Positions 28,129 to 37,360 of a DNA stretch of 64,000 nucleotides are shown piece after piece. The notes beneath the pieces were generated by a model. The model was not told the origin of the DNA. It ran no database searches and saw only the letters and a list, made by a program, of their open reading frames with translations. Source of the DNA: Pseudomonadota bacterium. Lineage in GTDB: Bacteria; Bdellovibrionota; FAC87; UBA2466. Position 1 is the first letter of the stretch. Each line of letters starts with the position of its first letter. The translations under genes were made by a program, and so were the position numbers. The stretch spans positions 1 to 64,000 of the forward strand of contig JAYSWN010000001.1 in NCBI GenBank assembly GCA_043718025.1. The letters are read 5' to 3'.

Positions 28129-29690
28129 TTTCTAACCTTCTAGTTTGGCACATCCTGTTACCGGTAGTTGGGGTGGCGGTGATGTTTCCGCTAACCGAGA
28201 GGCTAGCTCGCCCCTTGGCGTTCGCGTTTTCATTGGGCGGAGTCGTGCTTTCAATTCTGCTCTGGGCGCAGTTTTCGGCGGTTGATTCGTTTCAGATGCA
28301 GCACCTGTTTTCATTGCCCTGGCTCTCTTCGTTTCCGGCGAAGTTTTCACTCGGCGTAGACGGCATCAGCTTGCCGCTAGTGGTGCTTACGAAATTCATG
28401 ATGCCAATTGCTTTGCTGGCCAGTTGGAAAGAAGATCGGCATCCGCGTGCCTTAATGAGCGCCTACCTTTTATTAGATTCGGCGATGACCGGAGCGTTCT
28501 TGGCCACCGACGTCTTTTTGTTCTATGTGTTCTGGGAAGCCATGCTGGTCCCTATGCTGTTGCTCATTGGGGTGTGGGGAAGCAAAGATCGTATTTATGC
28601 GGCGCTTAAATTTTTTCTATTTACCTTTGCCGGCAGCATTTTTCTGCTCGCCGCGTTTCTTTATTTGATGGTGGCCCACCGCCAGCAGGTCGGTTTTTTT
28701 ACCACCGATCTGGTTGCGTTGACTAAGGTTACGCTTTCTACGGCGCCCGTTTGGCTGGGCCTTTCCGTTCAAGATCTGATCTTTTGGGGCTTGACCCTAG
28801 CCTTCCTTATAAAAATCCCACTTTTTCCTTTTCACACGTGGCTTCCGGATGCGCACGTTCAGGCACCTACCGGTGGCAGCATTCTTCTAGCGGCCGTACT
28901 TTTAAAACTTGGTGCCTATGGCCTTTTACGTTTCTCTATTCCGATCGCGACGATGAGCTTTTACAAGTTCGCCCCGCTTCTGAGCGTGCTCTCGCTAGTT
29001 GGTATCGTGTACGGGGCGTGGGTTGCCTTTCAGCAAAACGACATGAAAAAGTTAGTGGCCTATTCATCGGTGAGCCACCTTGCGTTCGTTGTCTTGGGAA
29101 TTGCTTCGCTAAATTTAGAGGGCCTTACCGGTGGTATGCTGCAGATGGTGAACCACGGGGTAAGCACCGGTGCGCTCTTTTTCTTGGTGGGTGCGTTGTA
29201 TGAACGGCGCCACACTCGCGATTTTGCGGAGTACGGTGGACTTGCGGCCGTCGTGCCGTGGTTTTCGTTCTTTCTCGTTTTTACGGTGTGTTCGAGCATG
29301 GGGGTTCCGGGGCTGAATGGTTTCGTGGGCGAGTTTTTGGTCCTGCTCGGCACCTATCAGCAGAATCCGTTTTTTGCGGGTGTCGCGGTGACGGGAATTG
29401 TTTTTGGTGCCATCTACTTGCTAGTTTTCGTGCGCAAGATTTTATTTGGGCCGGTGGACAACGCCGAGAATAAAGTACTTTTAGATTTGCGGCCGCGTGA
29501 GTGGGCGGGGATTTTGCCCTTGGCGGTTTTTATGCTGTTGTTGGGTTTAGCGCCTAACCTAATGTTGAATAAGATTCGGCCATCGCTGGAAAAGTACTGG
29601 GGCTCGCTAGGCCGGCCCCCTAACGCGCAATCCATTCCTACAATGTCGCTAACCCAATGGGCGCCCGAAGCAAGAGGGCCCAAGCGATGA
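28125..29690 (+). CDS. nuoM: NADH-quinone oxidoreductase subunit M (set 2)
   Basis: GVDGIS, FWEAML.PM, IKIP.FPFHTWLPDAHVQAPT, LLKLGAYG, GFVGE. Confidence 0.97.
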   Translation: MISNLLVWHILLPVVGVAVMFPLTERLARPLAFAFSLGGVVLSILLWAQFSAVDSFQMQHLFSLPWLSSFPAKFSLGVDGISLPLVVLTKFMMPIALLASWKEDRHPRALMSAYLLLDSAMTGAFLATDVFLFYVFWEAMLVPMLLLIGVWGSKDRIYAALKFFLFTFAGSIFLLAAFLYLMVAHRQQVGFFTTDLVALTKVTLSTAPVWLGLSVQDLIFWGLTLAFLIKIPLFPFHTWLPDAHVQAPTGGSILLAAVLLKLGAYGLLRFSIPIATMSFYKFAPLLSVLSLVGIVYGAWVAFQQNDMKKLVAYSSVSHLAFVVLGIASLNLEGLTGGMLQMVNHGVSTGALFFLVGALYERRHTRDFAEYGGLAAVVPWFSFFLVFTVCSSMGVPGLNGFVGEFLVLLGTYQQNPFFAGVAVTGIVFGAIYLLVFVRKILFGPVDNAENKVLLDLRPREWAGILPLAVFMLLLGLAPNLMLNKIRPSLEKYWGSLGRPPNAQSIPTMSLTQWAPEARGPKR

Positions 29691-31168
29691 GTGTCGTTAG
29701 TCAGTTTCTATTTCCATTGGGGCCGATTTTGGCTTTGGTAGGCGGCGGTTGCACTCTCATCGGCGCTGAATGCGTAGGCCCCAATTTTTTAAGCACCCGT
29801 GCCAAGGGAATGGTGGCCTGGTTAGCGGTAGCTATAGCCGCAGGGTTGTGCTTTTTTCAGCTTGGTCACATACCGACCGAAGAAGGTTTTCACTTGGCGG
29901 GCGGTCCCGCCTGGCTTGTTCAGTTCACTTATTTTTATCAATTCAGCCGCACGGTAGTTCTCCTTCAGATGATGATCGCAGTTTTTGCCATGTTTGTACT
30001 GCACGCGGTGGTGGCTGAGTTTCGCCGCAATGATATCGTGGGAGAGGTACTAGCGCTCCTATTGTGGTCGGGCGCCGGAATGATGCTACTCGTATCGGCC
30101 GATCACTTTCTGGTCGTGTTTTTAGCCCTGGAACTTCTTTCGTTGCCGCTCTACGCCATGGTGGGATTGAAGCGTTGGGACGCCAAGAGTCTGGAAGCCG
30201 CGCTCAAATACTTCCTGTTTGGTTCCGTGGCCACGGCCTTTTTATTACTGGGAATAGCTTTTATTTTTGCGGAAACGGGAACACTTTCTTTACCCCTCAT
30301 TCGTGACTTTGTGGCGGCCCTGGCTCAAGGCGGCAATCTGGCCGATCATGTTTTGCTGTTGTCGGGCATGTTGTTGCTGATCGTGGCCCTGGGTTTTAAG
30401 GCGGGCATGTTTCCGTTCCACATGTGGCTCCCCGACGTTTATGAGGGGGCACCTGCCGGCGTAACGGCTTGGATGGGAAGCGGAGTGAAGCTCGCCGCCA
30501 TTGGCCTTACCTATCGCCTTTTCGCCGAAACGTTTGCCACTCTACCGCAGGGGTGGGTGGAGCCATTTCGCTATCTGGTGGCCGCCACAATTCTGGTGGG
30601 AAATGCGGCCGCTCTGGTGCAAGACGATTTGAAACGAACTTTTGCTTACTCTTCGATTGGTCACGCGGGCTTCTTAATGTTGGGCGTGATGGTGAGTCCG
30701 AGCGATTTAGGAGCATCCCCAAATTTTCTGCTCTATTACTTGCTAACTTACGGCCTGATGTTTATTGGCATTTTTAGTTTTTTAACGCACCTAGAGCGGC
30801 AGGGTCTTAGCACCGAGTTCCACGAATTGTCGGGACTTGGTTTCACGTCGCCGGGTTTAGGGCTGTGCCTCTCAATTTTTGCCCTTTCAGCGGCGGGGCT
30901 TCCTCCCTTTGCCGGCTTCTTTGCCAAATATCAGATCTTTCTTTTCGCCTTTCAAAAGGGCGAAGGGGCATTGGCGGTAATCGCCTTGATCGGTAGCTTG
31001 ATTGGGCTTGCCTACTACCTTCGGGTTTTGGTGTTCCTCTATATGAAAGAGCCAAAGAGCACGGTACGTCTCTCGGCTAAAAGCGATCCCACCGGATTCG
31101 GAATTCTCGTAGCGTTGGCCTTGGCTACGGTCGCGTTGAGCTTTTTACCCGGAATATTCGGCAAATAA
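29687..31168 (+). CDS. nuoN: NADH-quinone oxidoreductase subunit N (set 2)
   Basis: LELLSL, EAALKYF, FK...FPFHMWLPDVYEGAP, AYSSIGH, GFFAK, YYLR. Start at the ATGA overlap with nuoM. Confidence 0.96.
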   Translation: MSVVSQFLFPLGPILALVGGGCTLIGAECVGPNFLSTRAKGMVAWLAVAIAAGLCFFQLGHIPTEEGFHLAGGPAWLVQFTYFYQFSRTVVLLQMMIAVFAMFVLHAVVAEFRRNDIVGEVLALLLWSGAGMMLLVSADHFLVVFLALELLSLPLYAMVGLKRWDAKSLEAALKYFLFGSVATAFLLLGIAFIFAETGTLSLPLIRDFVAALAQGGNLADHVLLLSGMLLLIVALGFKAGMFPFHMWLPDVYEGAPAGVTAWMGSGVKLAAIGLTYRLFAETFATLPQGWVEPFRYLVAATILVGNAAALVQDDLKRTFAYSSIGHAGFLMLGVMVSPSDLGASPNFLLYYLLTYGLMFIGIFSFLTHLERQGLSTEFHELSGLGFTSPGLGLCLSIFALSAAGLPPFAGFFAKYQIFLFAFQKGEGALAVIALIGSLIGLAYYLRVLVFLYMKEPKSTVRLSAKSDPTGFGILVALALATVALSFLPGIFGK

Positions 31169-31275
31169 ACGCGCTCAACAATGCGAAGCGTCGAAACTTT
31201 TGTGACCATTTAACCGCCCGATGAGTGGACCTCTTTTCTATCACGGCTAGAGTGAAAGAAATTTAAGGGGGACTC

Positions 31276-32499
31276 ATGAGATTATTGGGAATATTTTTGG
31301 TATCGGTTTTCTTCGCTTCAGCCGCTCAGGCGGACCGGCCGCAGGTTCCGCATTTGGAAATGGAATTAGATTCGTCGACTTACCAGTCTCTTCTTGCCTC
31401 GCGCAATGGCGGCGCTCGTAGTGACAAGGTGCAGGCCTCGTTGGACATGGGAAAACGATTTCTAGCCTGGCTAGCGTTCATCAACGACAAACGCCCCCAG
31501 GGTAAAAAAATCTCACTCACTTCACCGGCGACGACCGTGGCCTATCCAATCGATAAACCGAACAAGAGCAATCCAGATTTAATCAACGCCAGGTACGAAG
31601 AGCTTAAGAGTGCGGTCCCCGCGTGGATGCAGGAGATCGCTTTTGGAAACGGAGAGTTCATTTCTGATCTTCCTGAATCCGATGAAGTCTTTATCAAGTA
31701 CGGTTTTAGTTTGGACCGCAACTATCAATCCGCGGCCCGTTGGACTTTACAAGAGCCCATGCTTTGGGCCTATTCCGGTCGCAAGAGTGGCGACGTACGT
31801 GGGTACTACCAACTGAATAAGATTTCTGACCTCGAGGCTAAATTTCAAGGCTGGTCGAGTTTGAGTGTTGGCGAAAAGAGCGCAATCTTGACGGCGATGA
31901 ACCAGCTCTGCTGGATTTCGCAAACCGAGTCTCGCTGTAAGTCTACGCTTCTCGCCGCTAAAGAAGACGGCGAAAAACTATCGACCTTACATGCCGAGTG
32001 GATGCCGGCGGGCAAGAAGAAATGGGATTCATACTTTGAAATGAGTGGCCTTCGCAGTGACGTGAAGTGGTCGGCTGCCAATTTGATGCAGCTGCCATTT
32101 AAGACTCCGCAATCGGCGGCGATTAAGAGTTTTTTGGTCGATAATATCGAAGACGAATGGAAGTGGGCGGGCTGGAGCTTGAAGCTAGATTTTGACTCCA
32201 GTGCGGCGGCCTACGTTCGCTTTGAACCGGGAGCCACCCCAAACGTAAATGGCCTGGGCGGAAACCGCATCACCATGGACGCCAATGCTCCGCTCACCGA
32301 ATACGGTGTGCAGTGGACAATTCGGCACGAATTTGGCCACGTGCTTGGTTTTCCTGATTGCTACGTCGAGTTCTACGATAGTGATGAAAAGGCGATGATC
32401 AACTATCAGCTAGATACCACTAACTTGATGTGTAGCCGCCGCGGAAAGCTGCAGGAAAAACATTTGGTTGCTTTAAAGGCTGCGTACTTCGAGAACTGA
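31276..32499 (+). CDS. Secreted metzincin-type zinc metallopeptidase
   Basis: Signal peptide (AQA/D), HEFGHVLGFPD zinc motif, Met-turn-like NLMC. Confidence 0.75.
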   Translation: MRLLGIFLVSVFFASAAQADRPQVPHLEMELDSSTYQSLLASRNGGARSDKVQASLDMGKRFLAWLAFINDKRPQGKKISLTSPATTVAYPIDKPNKSNPDLINARYEELKSAVPAWMQEIAFGNGEFISDLPESDEVFIKYGFSLDRNYQSAARWTLQEPMLWAYSGRKSGDVRGYYQLNKISDLEAKFQGWSSLSVGEKSAILTAMNQLCWISQTESRCKSTLLAAKEDGEKLSTLHAEWMPAGKKKWDSYFEMSGLRSDVKWSAANLMQLPFKTPQSAAIKSFLVDNIEDEWKWAGWSLKLDFDSSAAAYVRFEPGATPNVNGLGGNRITMDANAPLTEYGVQWTIRHEFGHVLGFPDCYVEFYDSDEKAMINYQLDTTNLMCSRRGKLQEKHLVALKAAYFEN

Positions 32500-32530
32500 A
32501 AACAGTTCGTCGTTAGTGTATTCGCATTAT

Positions 32531-32574
32531 GTGGGGGTAACTTTCTCTGTCCTTGTGAAGAGAGTTACCTCCAC
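32531..32574. terminator. Hairpin between convergent genes, probable bidirectional terminator
   Basis: GTGGGGGTAACTTTCT (32531-32546) pairs with AGAGAGTTACCTCCAC (32559-32574), two G-U pairs. Confidence 0.7.
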
Positions 32575-32594
32575 TTCATTTCACATTGATTTTT

Positions 32595-33329
32595 TTATTT
32601 TGTCTGCAAACGAGAAATAAACCCGAGCTTCTCGCTTTGGCTTAGTCGGTAGAACGTTCGTAGGTATTCAAGGCACTCTTGCGGCGATTTTGTATTGATC
32701 ACCCGTTCGCCAAAATTTTTGATGAACTGTTTGGCTTGAGCATTCGCCTCGGCGTACCGCTGTTTTTGCTCGGCGTTGAGCTGAGTAGACCACGAGAAGC
32801 GATAAAAGATCTGTTCGAAAAGGGAGTCAAATACGTGTCGCCCTTCTGAGGCCGCTTTATTTGAAACCGAAAAGAAAAGCAGAAGAAATTTATCGATTTC
32901 ACCTTGCAACTCTAGCTCGAGTTGCGACACCGTATGGTCGAGATCAAATCGATACACCAGGTAGTGAAAGTGGCTAATCTCTTCGGCTGCTACGCTTAGG
33001 GCGTGCGCTTGTTCCCCCATCCATTTTTCAGGGCTTAGCTTATCAATTTTGGAGAGGGCGTTCTTGACGGGTTCGCCAAGAAAGATTCCTAAGTCAACAT
33101 TGCCCGCATCAAAACTGTCGTACTGGACGATAACGGCCCCATTCTTCTCTTTCGCCAAAGCGGGAACTTCTTTAGCTTTGGGAGAATTGGGCTCGATCAA
33201 AAAGTTTTCGGCACGGTGAGGTGACTCTAGATTGTAGAGTTTTTTGATCGCCCGATCAATTTGGCGGACCACATTTCGCACGGGGTAGCCTTTCCGTTGT
33301 TTAGGGTCAGTGCCGGGTTTTGGTTTCAA
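32595..33329 (-). CDS. Conserved hypothetical protein (EExxH...ELE.Q.E.DK motif)
   Basis: 244-aa ORF overlapping the upstream gene by 23 bp; AAEEISHFHYL..VSQLELELQGEIDKF. Confidence 0.7.
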   Translation of the reverse strand: MKPKPGTDPKQRKGYPVRNVVRQIDRAIKKLYNLESPHRAENFLIEPNSPKAKEVPALAKEKNGAVIVQYDSFDAGNVDLGIFLGEPVKNALSKIDKLSPEKWMGEQAHALSVAAEEISHFHYLVYRFDLDHTVSQLELELQGEIDKFLLLFFSVSNKAASEGRHVFDSLFEQIFYRFSWSTQLNAEQKQRYAEANAQAKQFIKNFGERVINTKSPQECLEYLRTFYRLSQSEKLGFISRLQTK

Positions 33330-33912
33330 TTTTTACCGGTGAAGCAATTCCCGCCTTGGCCAGCCGTGCCTTGAGGTTTTCGTTTCCGGTGTGCAGCCAA
33401 CGTTCATAGAGACGAAGCAGGTCGGTGTTGGTCTGCATTCCATTTTTTTCTGAGAGTTCGCTAATCACGTTGGCGAAAGGAACAAACTTGGTAGAGAGTT
33501 CGGTGAAGAGGTTTTGCGCCGGTTCGGTAACTTGGCTCAAAGCCAAAGTGCCGTAGGCCGATCCACCCATTCCAAAGTAGTAGTCGAGATCAACCATTTT
33601 GGTCTTTAAACTGTCGGGAAAAAGGCCGGTCACCAATAGGCAGATGTCGCCCAAACGCTTCAGAGCTCCCTGTTTTTGATCTCGGCTGCCTTGAAGGTAG
33701 GAAAAATAAAGATCAGCGAGGCAGTTGTTGGAAAGGGTTCCCCCTTCTCCGACCACAAAAAACTTGTCGGAGCGTAGGTAGCCCACCAAAAGTTCGGTTA
33801 GGTAGGCCACTGAGTTTTTGTCAGCGTCCACCTGATTGCGTTTTAAGGAATCAACGAGCTCCGAGCCAAAAAACTCTCGAACCCCTTCCATCGAAGTGTG
33901 TATGGCTCCCAT
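33307..33912 (-). CDS. Conserved hypothetical helical protein
   Basis: 201 aa, GGAGG RBS; LKRLGDICL..TGLFPDSL..DYY..MG.SAY..L and LYERW..TG motifs. Confidence 0.75.
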   Translation of the reverse strand: MGAIHTSMEGVREFFGSELVDSLKRNQVDADKNSVAYLTELLVGYLRSDKFFVVGEGGTLSNNCLADLYFSYLQGSRDQKQGALKRLGDICLLVTGLFPDSLKTKMVDLDYYFGMGGSAYGTLALSQVTEPAQNLFTELSTKFVPFANVISELSEKNGMQTNTDLLRLYERWLHTGNENLKARLAKAGIASPVKIETKTRH

Positions 33913-34097
33913 AGGGACCTCCGTAAGAACGCGTTCTCTTTAAGGAGTTCTCAAGTGTTGCCGTACGATGAAGTGTGCTAATGGTTCAGCCGGTTAACTG
34001 CGGCTACGCGTACCTAGCTTGATCTTAGCAATCCGGGAGAGAGGCAGATATAACCCTTTTAAGGGAGGGGGCAGTCCTTCATAACTAAAGTAATCAA

Positions 34098-34946
34098 ATG
34101 AGTTCAACCACTTACCAAAAGCTTGCGATTCTCTCCTTACTCTCGTTAGTTGGCATTTTTGGCCCGAGTTTTGGCGACGGACTTAGCGCCCAGAGCCGGG
34201 TTGCCTCATTGAGTCCGCAAGTGAGCGACCTTATTATCGAGTCGGGTTTGGCATCGTTATTGGTGGCTTCGGTAAAACGCTATTCGGGTCAGGCCCACCC
34301 CACGATTGAATTGGGCACTTTTCTTCAGCCCAATGCCGAGCGGCTTTTTTTACTGAACCCCGATTGGATTGTTACCGACGACGGAGTTCCCCCCACCGCA
34401 GCGAAAGCGCGTTGGGAGGCCGCGGGAATTAAGACGCTTACTCTGCGGTTGAGAGAAGTTGAGGATCTCGCTGAGAGTGCCATTACGTTACACCGCGAAA
34501 TTCTTGGCCAACGGGCTAAACCAGAAATTGCGGTGCGAGCGGTGCGCTGTCTCCAGGAGATAAAGGGGCAAAATCCGATTAAAGAAGTGGGGCTCCTTTT
34601 TGTTTCGCTCTCCCCACCGCTGCTAGCCGCGAAGGGTTCGTTTCTCTCCAGCCTATTCGAGTACGCCGGGTACCAGAATTTAGCCGATCCGAGCTGGGGA
34701 ATTGCCTATCCGATGGTGACTGAGGAGTGGCTTATCGCCCGCACGCCCAAAATAGTTTTCTATCTGGACCACGGTTTTGGTGAGGCAGCGACAGCTGCGG
34801 CAAAAATTAAAAAATGGTGGCCAGTATCTACGCCCCAAGTTTTTGCTCTGCCATCGGAGCCATTTGCTAGGGCCAGCTTTGCCACTCTAAAAAAATGGGA
34901 GGCCTTTAAACGGACCACTCCAAAGGAGTGCCATGAGGTTTTCTAA
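34098..34946 (+). CDS. ABC transporter helical-backbone substrate-binding protein (BtuF-like)
   Basis: RVASLSP, PNAERL..LNPD, GSFLS.L...AG..N, YP.VT.E; first gene of a three-gene ABC unit. Confidence 0.75.
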   Translation: MSSTTYQKLAILSLLSLVGIFGPSFGDGLSAQSRVASLSPQVSDLIIESGLASLLVASVKRYSGQAHPTIELGTFLQPNAERLFLLNPDWIVTDDGVPPTAAKARWEAAGIKTLTLRLREVEDLAESAITLHREILGQRAKPEIAVRAVRCLQEIKGQNPIKEVGLLFVSLSPPLLAAKGSFLSSLFEYAGYQNLADPSWGIAYPMVTEEWLIARTPKIVFYLDHGFGEAATAAAKIKKWWPVSTPQVFALPSEPFARASFATLKKWEAFKRTTPKECHEVF

Positions 34947-35904
34947 TCCCGCCATTAAGTTCTTGGCCATAGCCGGAGCCAGTGCTTTGGTGCTGCTAGC
35001 CGCGCTGGTTTTCGGCGCGGAACCCTTGCCGCTCCGAGATCTATTTTTATCCCACACTTTGGCCCAACGAATTGTGTTTGAGTTTCGACTGCCTCGCGCC
35101 GTGATCTGCTTTGGGGTCGGGGCAGCCCTGTCCCTGATTGGGGTGGTCTACCAAATTTTGTTCCGTAACTCACTGGCCGAGCCCTACGTGTTGGGCACCG
35201 CAAGTGTGGTGACTTTGGGTGCCGCGGTTGGCGAGGTCTTCTTTTTAAACACGCTTGCCCCGCCGCTAATCGGTTTACTCGGTGGTTTGGTGCTGGTGTT
35301 CTTGTTGATTTGGATTTCAATGCGAAGCACTTCTCCAGAACGGGTTCTGCTTTTTGGCATGGGAGTTAATTTTGTTTTTTCCGCCCTGCTCTTTTTAATG
35401 CTCTCGCTCAAACAGCAGAGCCTCGGTGGCGGTAGCCTGCGCTGGCTATTTGGACAGGTGGCTTGGCCAACGCTGATTGAATCGTCGCAGTTAATGCTGG
35501 CCGTGACGGTAGCGGCGATATTGCTTCTCCGTTTTTCTCCCCACCTTGATGCGTTGAGTTTCGGTGATCTGGTGGCCCGGTCGCTCGGCGTGAATCCGTT
35601 AAAAACCAGGATAACCCTACTGACGCTTTCGTCGGTGCTGCTAGCTTGGCTGGTGTCGAAGATGGGCACGATTGGTTTCGTGGGGTTAGTGGTTCCTAAT
35701 TTTGTTCGTTTGTTATTTCGCCCTTCCGGTTCCCGGTACCTACTAATCATTTCATTTCTAGTCGGCGGTAATTTTCTGGTGTTTGCCGATATGGTGTCGC
35801 GCACCTTACACCCCCCGCTGGAGTTTCCGATTGGCATCATTACTACAATTTTAGGTGGCCCGATCTTTCTCTATTTACTGTGGCAGAGGCAAGCCCGTGG
35901 CTGA
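34933..35904 (+). CDS. FecCD/BtuC-family ABC permease
   Basis: RLPR, Q.LFRN.LAEPY.LG, ARSLGV, GTIGFVGLVVP, PIGI.T..LGGP.F. Confidence 0.92.
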   Translation: MRFSNPAIKFLAIAGASALVLLAALVFGAEPLPLRDLFLSHTLAQRIVFEFRLPRAVICFGVGAALSLIGVVYQILFRNSLAEPYVLGTASVVTLGAAVGEVFFLNTLAPPLIGLLGGLVLVFLLIWISMRSTSPERVLLFGMGVNFVFSALLFLMLSLKQQSLGGGSLRWLFGQVAWPTLIESSQLMLAVTVAAILLLRFSPHLDALSFGDLVARSLGVNPLKTRITLLTLSSVLLAWLVSKMGTIGFVGLVVPNFVRLLFRPSGSRYLLIISFLVGGNFLVFADMVSRTLHPPLEFPIGIITTILGGPIFLYLLWQRQARG

Positions 35905-36637
35905 TCGTGAACTGAAAGTATCGGCACTCACTTTCTCGGCGGGCCATCGAAAGTGGGGTCCGTGGAATTTTACCCTTAGTGGTCGCGCCATTGTCGGGTT
36001 CATTGGGCCCAATGGCGCCGGTAAAAGCACTTTTTTAAAAACCATTTTGGGCGAGATAAAGGCGGATTCGGGTAGGGTTCAACTCGGGGGAGTCGAGCTC
36101 GCTTCGTTACCGTACTCCCAACGGCGCGGAATGTTGGCCATGATTCCGCAAGAGTCCCCTTATCCGGCTGACTGGACGGTGACGGCGGCCGTCTCGCTGG
36201 CTTTTCTTACTTTTGGCATGGGCTACGGAAAAATTACCCCGGCGCAAACAGAGTGCCGCGATAGTGCGCTTGATCAGTTTGGTTTAAAGCACCTCGGGCA
36301 AAATCGTTTGGGTGATCTGAGCAGTGGGCAGCGGCAGCGAGTTTTTTTATGCCGGGCTTCATTGCAACGGGCCCGCTTACTGCTGCTCGACGAACCCACC
36401 AACCATTTAGATCCGCCTACGCGTGAGTTTTTTTGGAATTCATTGATCGAGTTGAGGGGCCAGGAGAACGGTCCGCTGGTCTTATTGGCCACCCACGACT
36501 TGGTGTTTTTGCGATCGCACGCCGATTTTATCGTGGCCGTTTCAGCGCAAGGGATGGTGGAATACCACGGTCCCTCGTCCGGCTTTTGGAAGCCCGAACA
36601 GATAAAAAAAATATTTGGGCGCGATTTAGTTATTTAG
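35897..36637 (+). CDS. ABC ATPase (BtuD/FecE-like)
   Basis: GPNGAGKST, LSSGQRQRV, LLLDEPTNHLD, THD. GTG 35897 chosen for coupling with the permease. Confidence 0.92.
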   Translation: MADRELKVSALTFSAGHRKWGPWNFTLSGRAIVGFIGPNGAGKSTFLKTILGEIKADSGRVQLGGVELASLPYSQRRGMLAMIPQESPYPADWTVTAAVSLAFLTFGMGYGKITPAQTECRDSALDQFGLKHLGQNRLGDLSSGQRQRVFLCRASLQRARLLLLDEPTNHLDPPTREFFWNSLIELRGQENGPLVLLATHDLVFLRSHADFIVAVSAQGMVEYHGPSSGFWKPEQIKKIFGRDLVI

Positions 36638-37076
36638 GGGGAAGAATGGTGACTTCGGTTTCGCAAAGATCGCATTTGGTAGTGAGCGCCTGATTGGTGG
36701 CGTCGGTCACCCGAATGCGCAACTTCGTCTTCACCGAGGTGGTAATGCTGAGCACGCTCATATTAATGAGCTTGTCGTCGCCATCGATTACGTGGAAGAC
36801 GTACGGAGGCGTGCCCCCCGAGGCCATGAGTTCCAGGCTACGGCCGCTGAGCGTCCAGCACTGTCCCCAAGATTTACAGCCGATTGCCAATCTGTCGGTT
36901 GGGGCGGTACCACCGCTGCCACCGGTACTGGTCTGCAGGTCTTTGTTCTTATCTAGTGCCTTCTGATAGGCCCCGCAGCTACCAATGCCAGCAATACAAA
37001 CATCTTGCCCGCATGAGCTTAAGGTCAGCACGCCAACTGAAACAGCCAAGACTAAGAGAATACGGGAGAAATTCAT
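36630..37076 (-). CDS. Hypothetical Cys-rich lipoprotein
   Basis: Lipobox LSSC; ASGGTPPYVF Ig-like repeat motif; several Cys pairs. Confidence 0.7.
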   Translation of the reverse strand: MNFSRILLVLAVSVGVLTLSSCGQDVCIAGIGSCGAYQKALDKNKDLQTSTGGSGGTAPTDRLAIGCKSWGQCWTLSGRSLELMASGGTPPYVFHVIDGDDKLINMSVLSITTSVKTKLRIRVTDATNQALTTKCDLCETEVTILPPK

Positions 37077-37096
37077 AAAACCTCAGGGTGTTGGGT

Positions 37097-37113
37097 TGCA
37101 AACAGAGAGCCAA
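37097..37113 (-). promoter_or_regulatory. Putative sigma54 (-24/-12) promoter
   Basis: Minus strand TTGGCTCTCTGTTTGCA: GG-N10-GC with TTGCA, about 20 bp before the lipoprotein start. Confidence 0.45.
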
Positions 37114-37360
37114 GCACGGTGTTGGGCGGCAATTTAGGTGTTTTGCGATGAATGATCAAGAGACGCCACCACTTTTGGGCTGTGACGCTAATCGCTGCAA
37201 TCTCAGCCACGGTTTTTTGGAGAACGACGAAACTGTTCCCACTCCCTTAATAGTAAGACTAGGTTCCCCGTTTCTCCTACATCAAAACTGGGTTGACTCT
37301 CATCGCTGTGCATTAGGGTTTAGCGGAGGGCGTAATTTTTTTTTGGGGGGAAGCAATGAG

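Noticed and set aside
16374..31168. nuo duplication as an assembly repeat artefact or recent tandem duplication
   Set aside because: The paralogs differ extensively in sequence and length (NuoL 686 vs 633 aa, NuoH 380 vs 356 aa), so they are ancient paralogs.
16374..31168. Mrp antiporter or membrane hydrogenase instead of complex I
   Set aside because: NuoA and NuoH are present with complex I motifs, and there is no MrpE/F/G or hydrogenase subunit.
33913..34097. Cobalamin riboswitch before the btu-like operon
   Set aside because: No GGGAA / GCCACTG / B12-box pattern, so the transporter's substrate stays uncertain.
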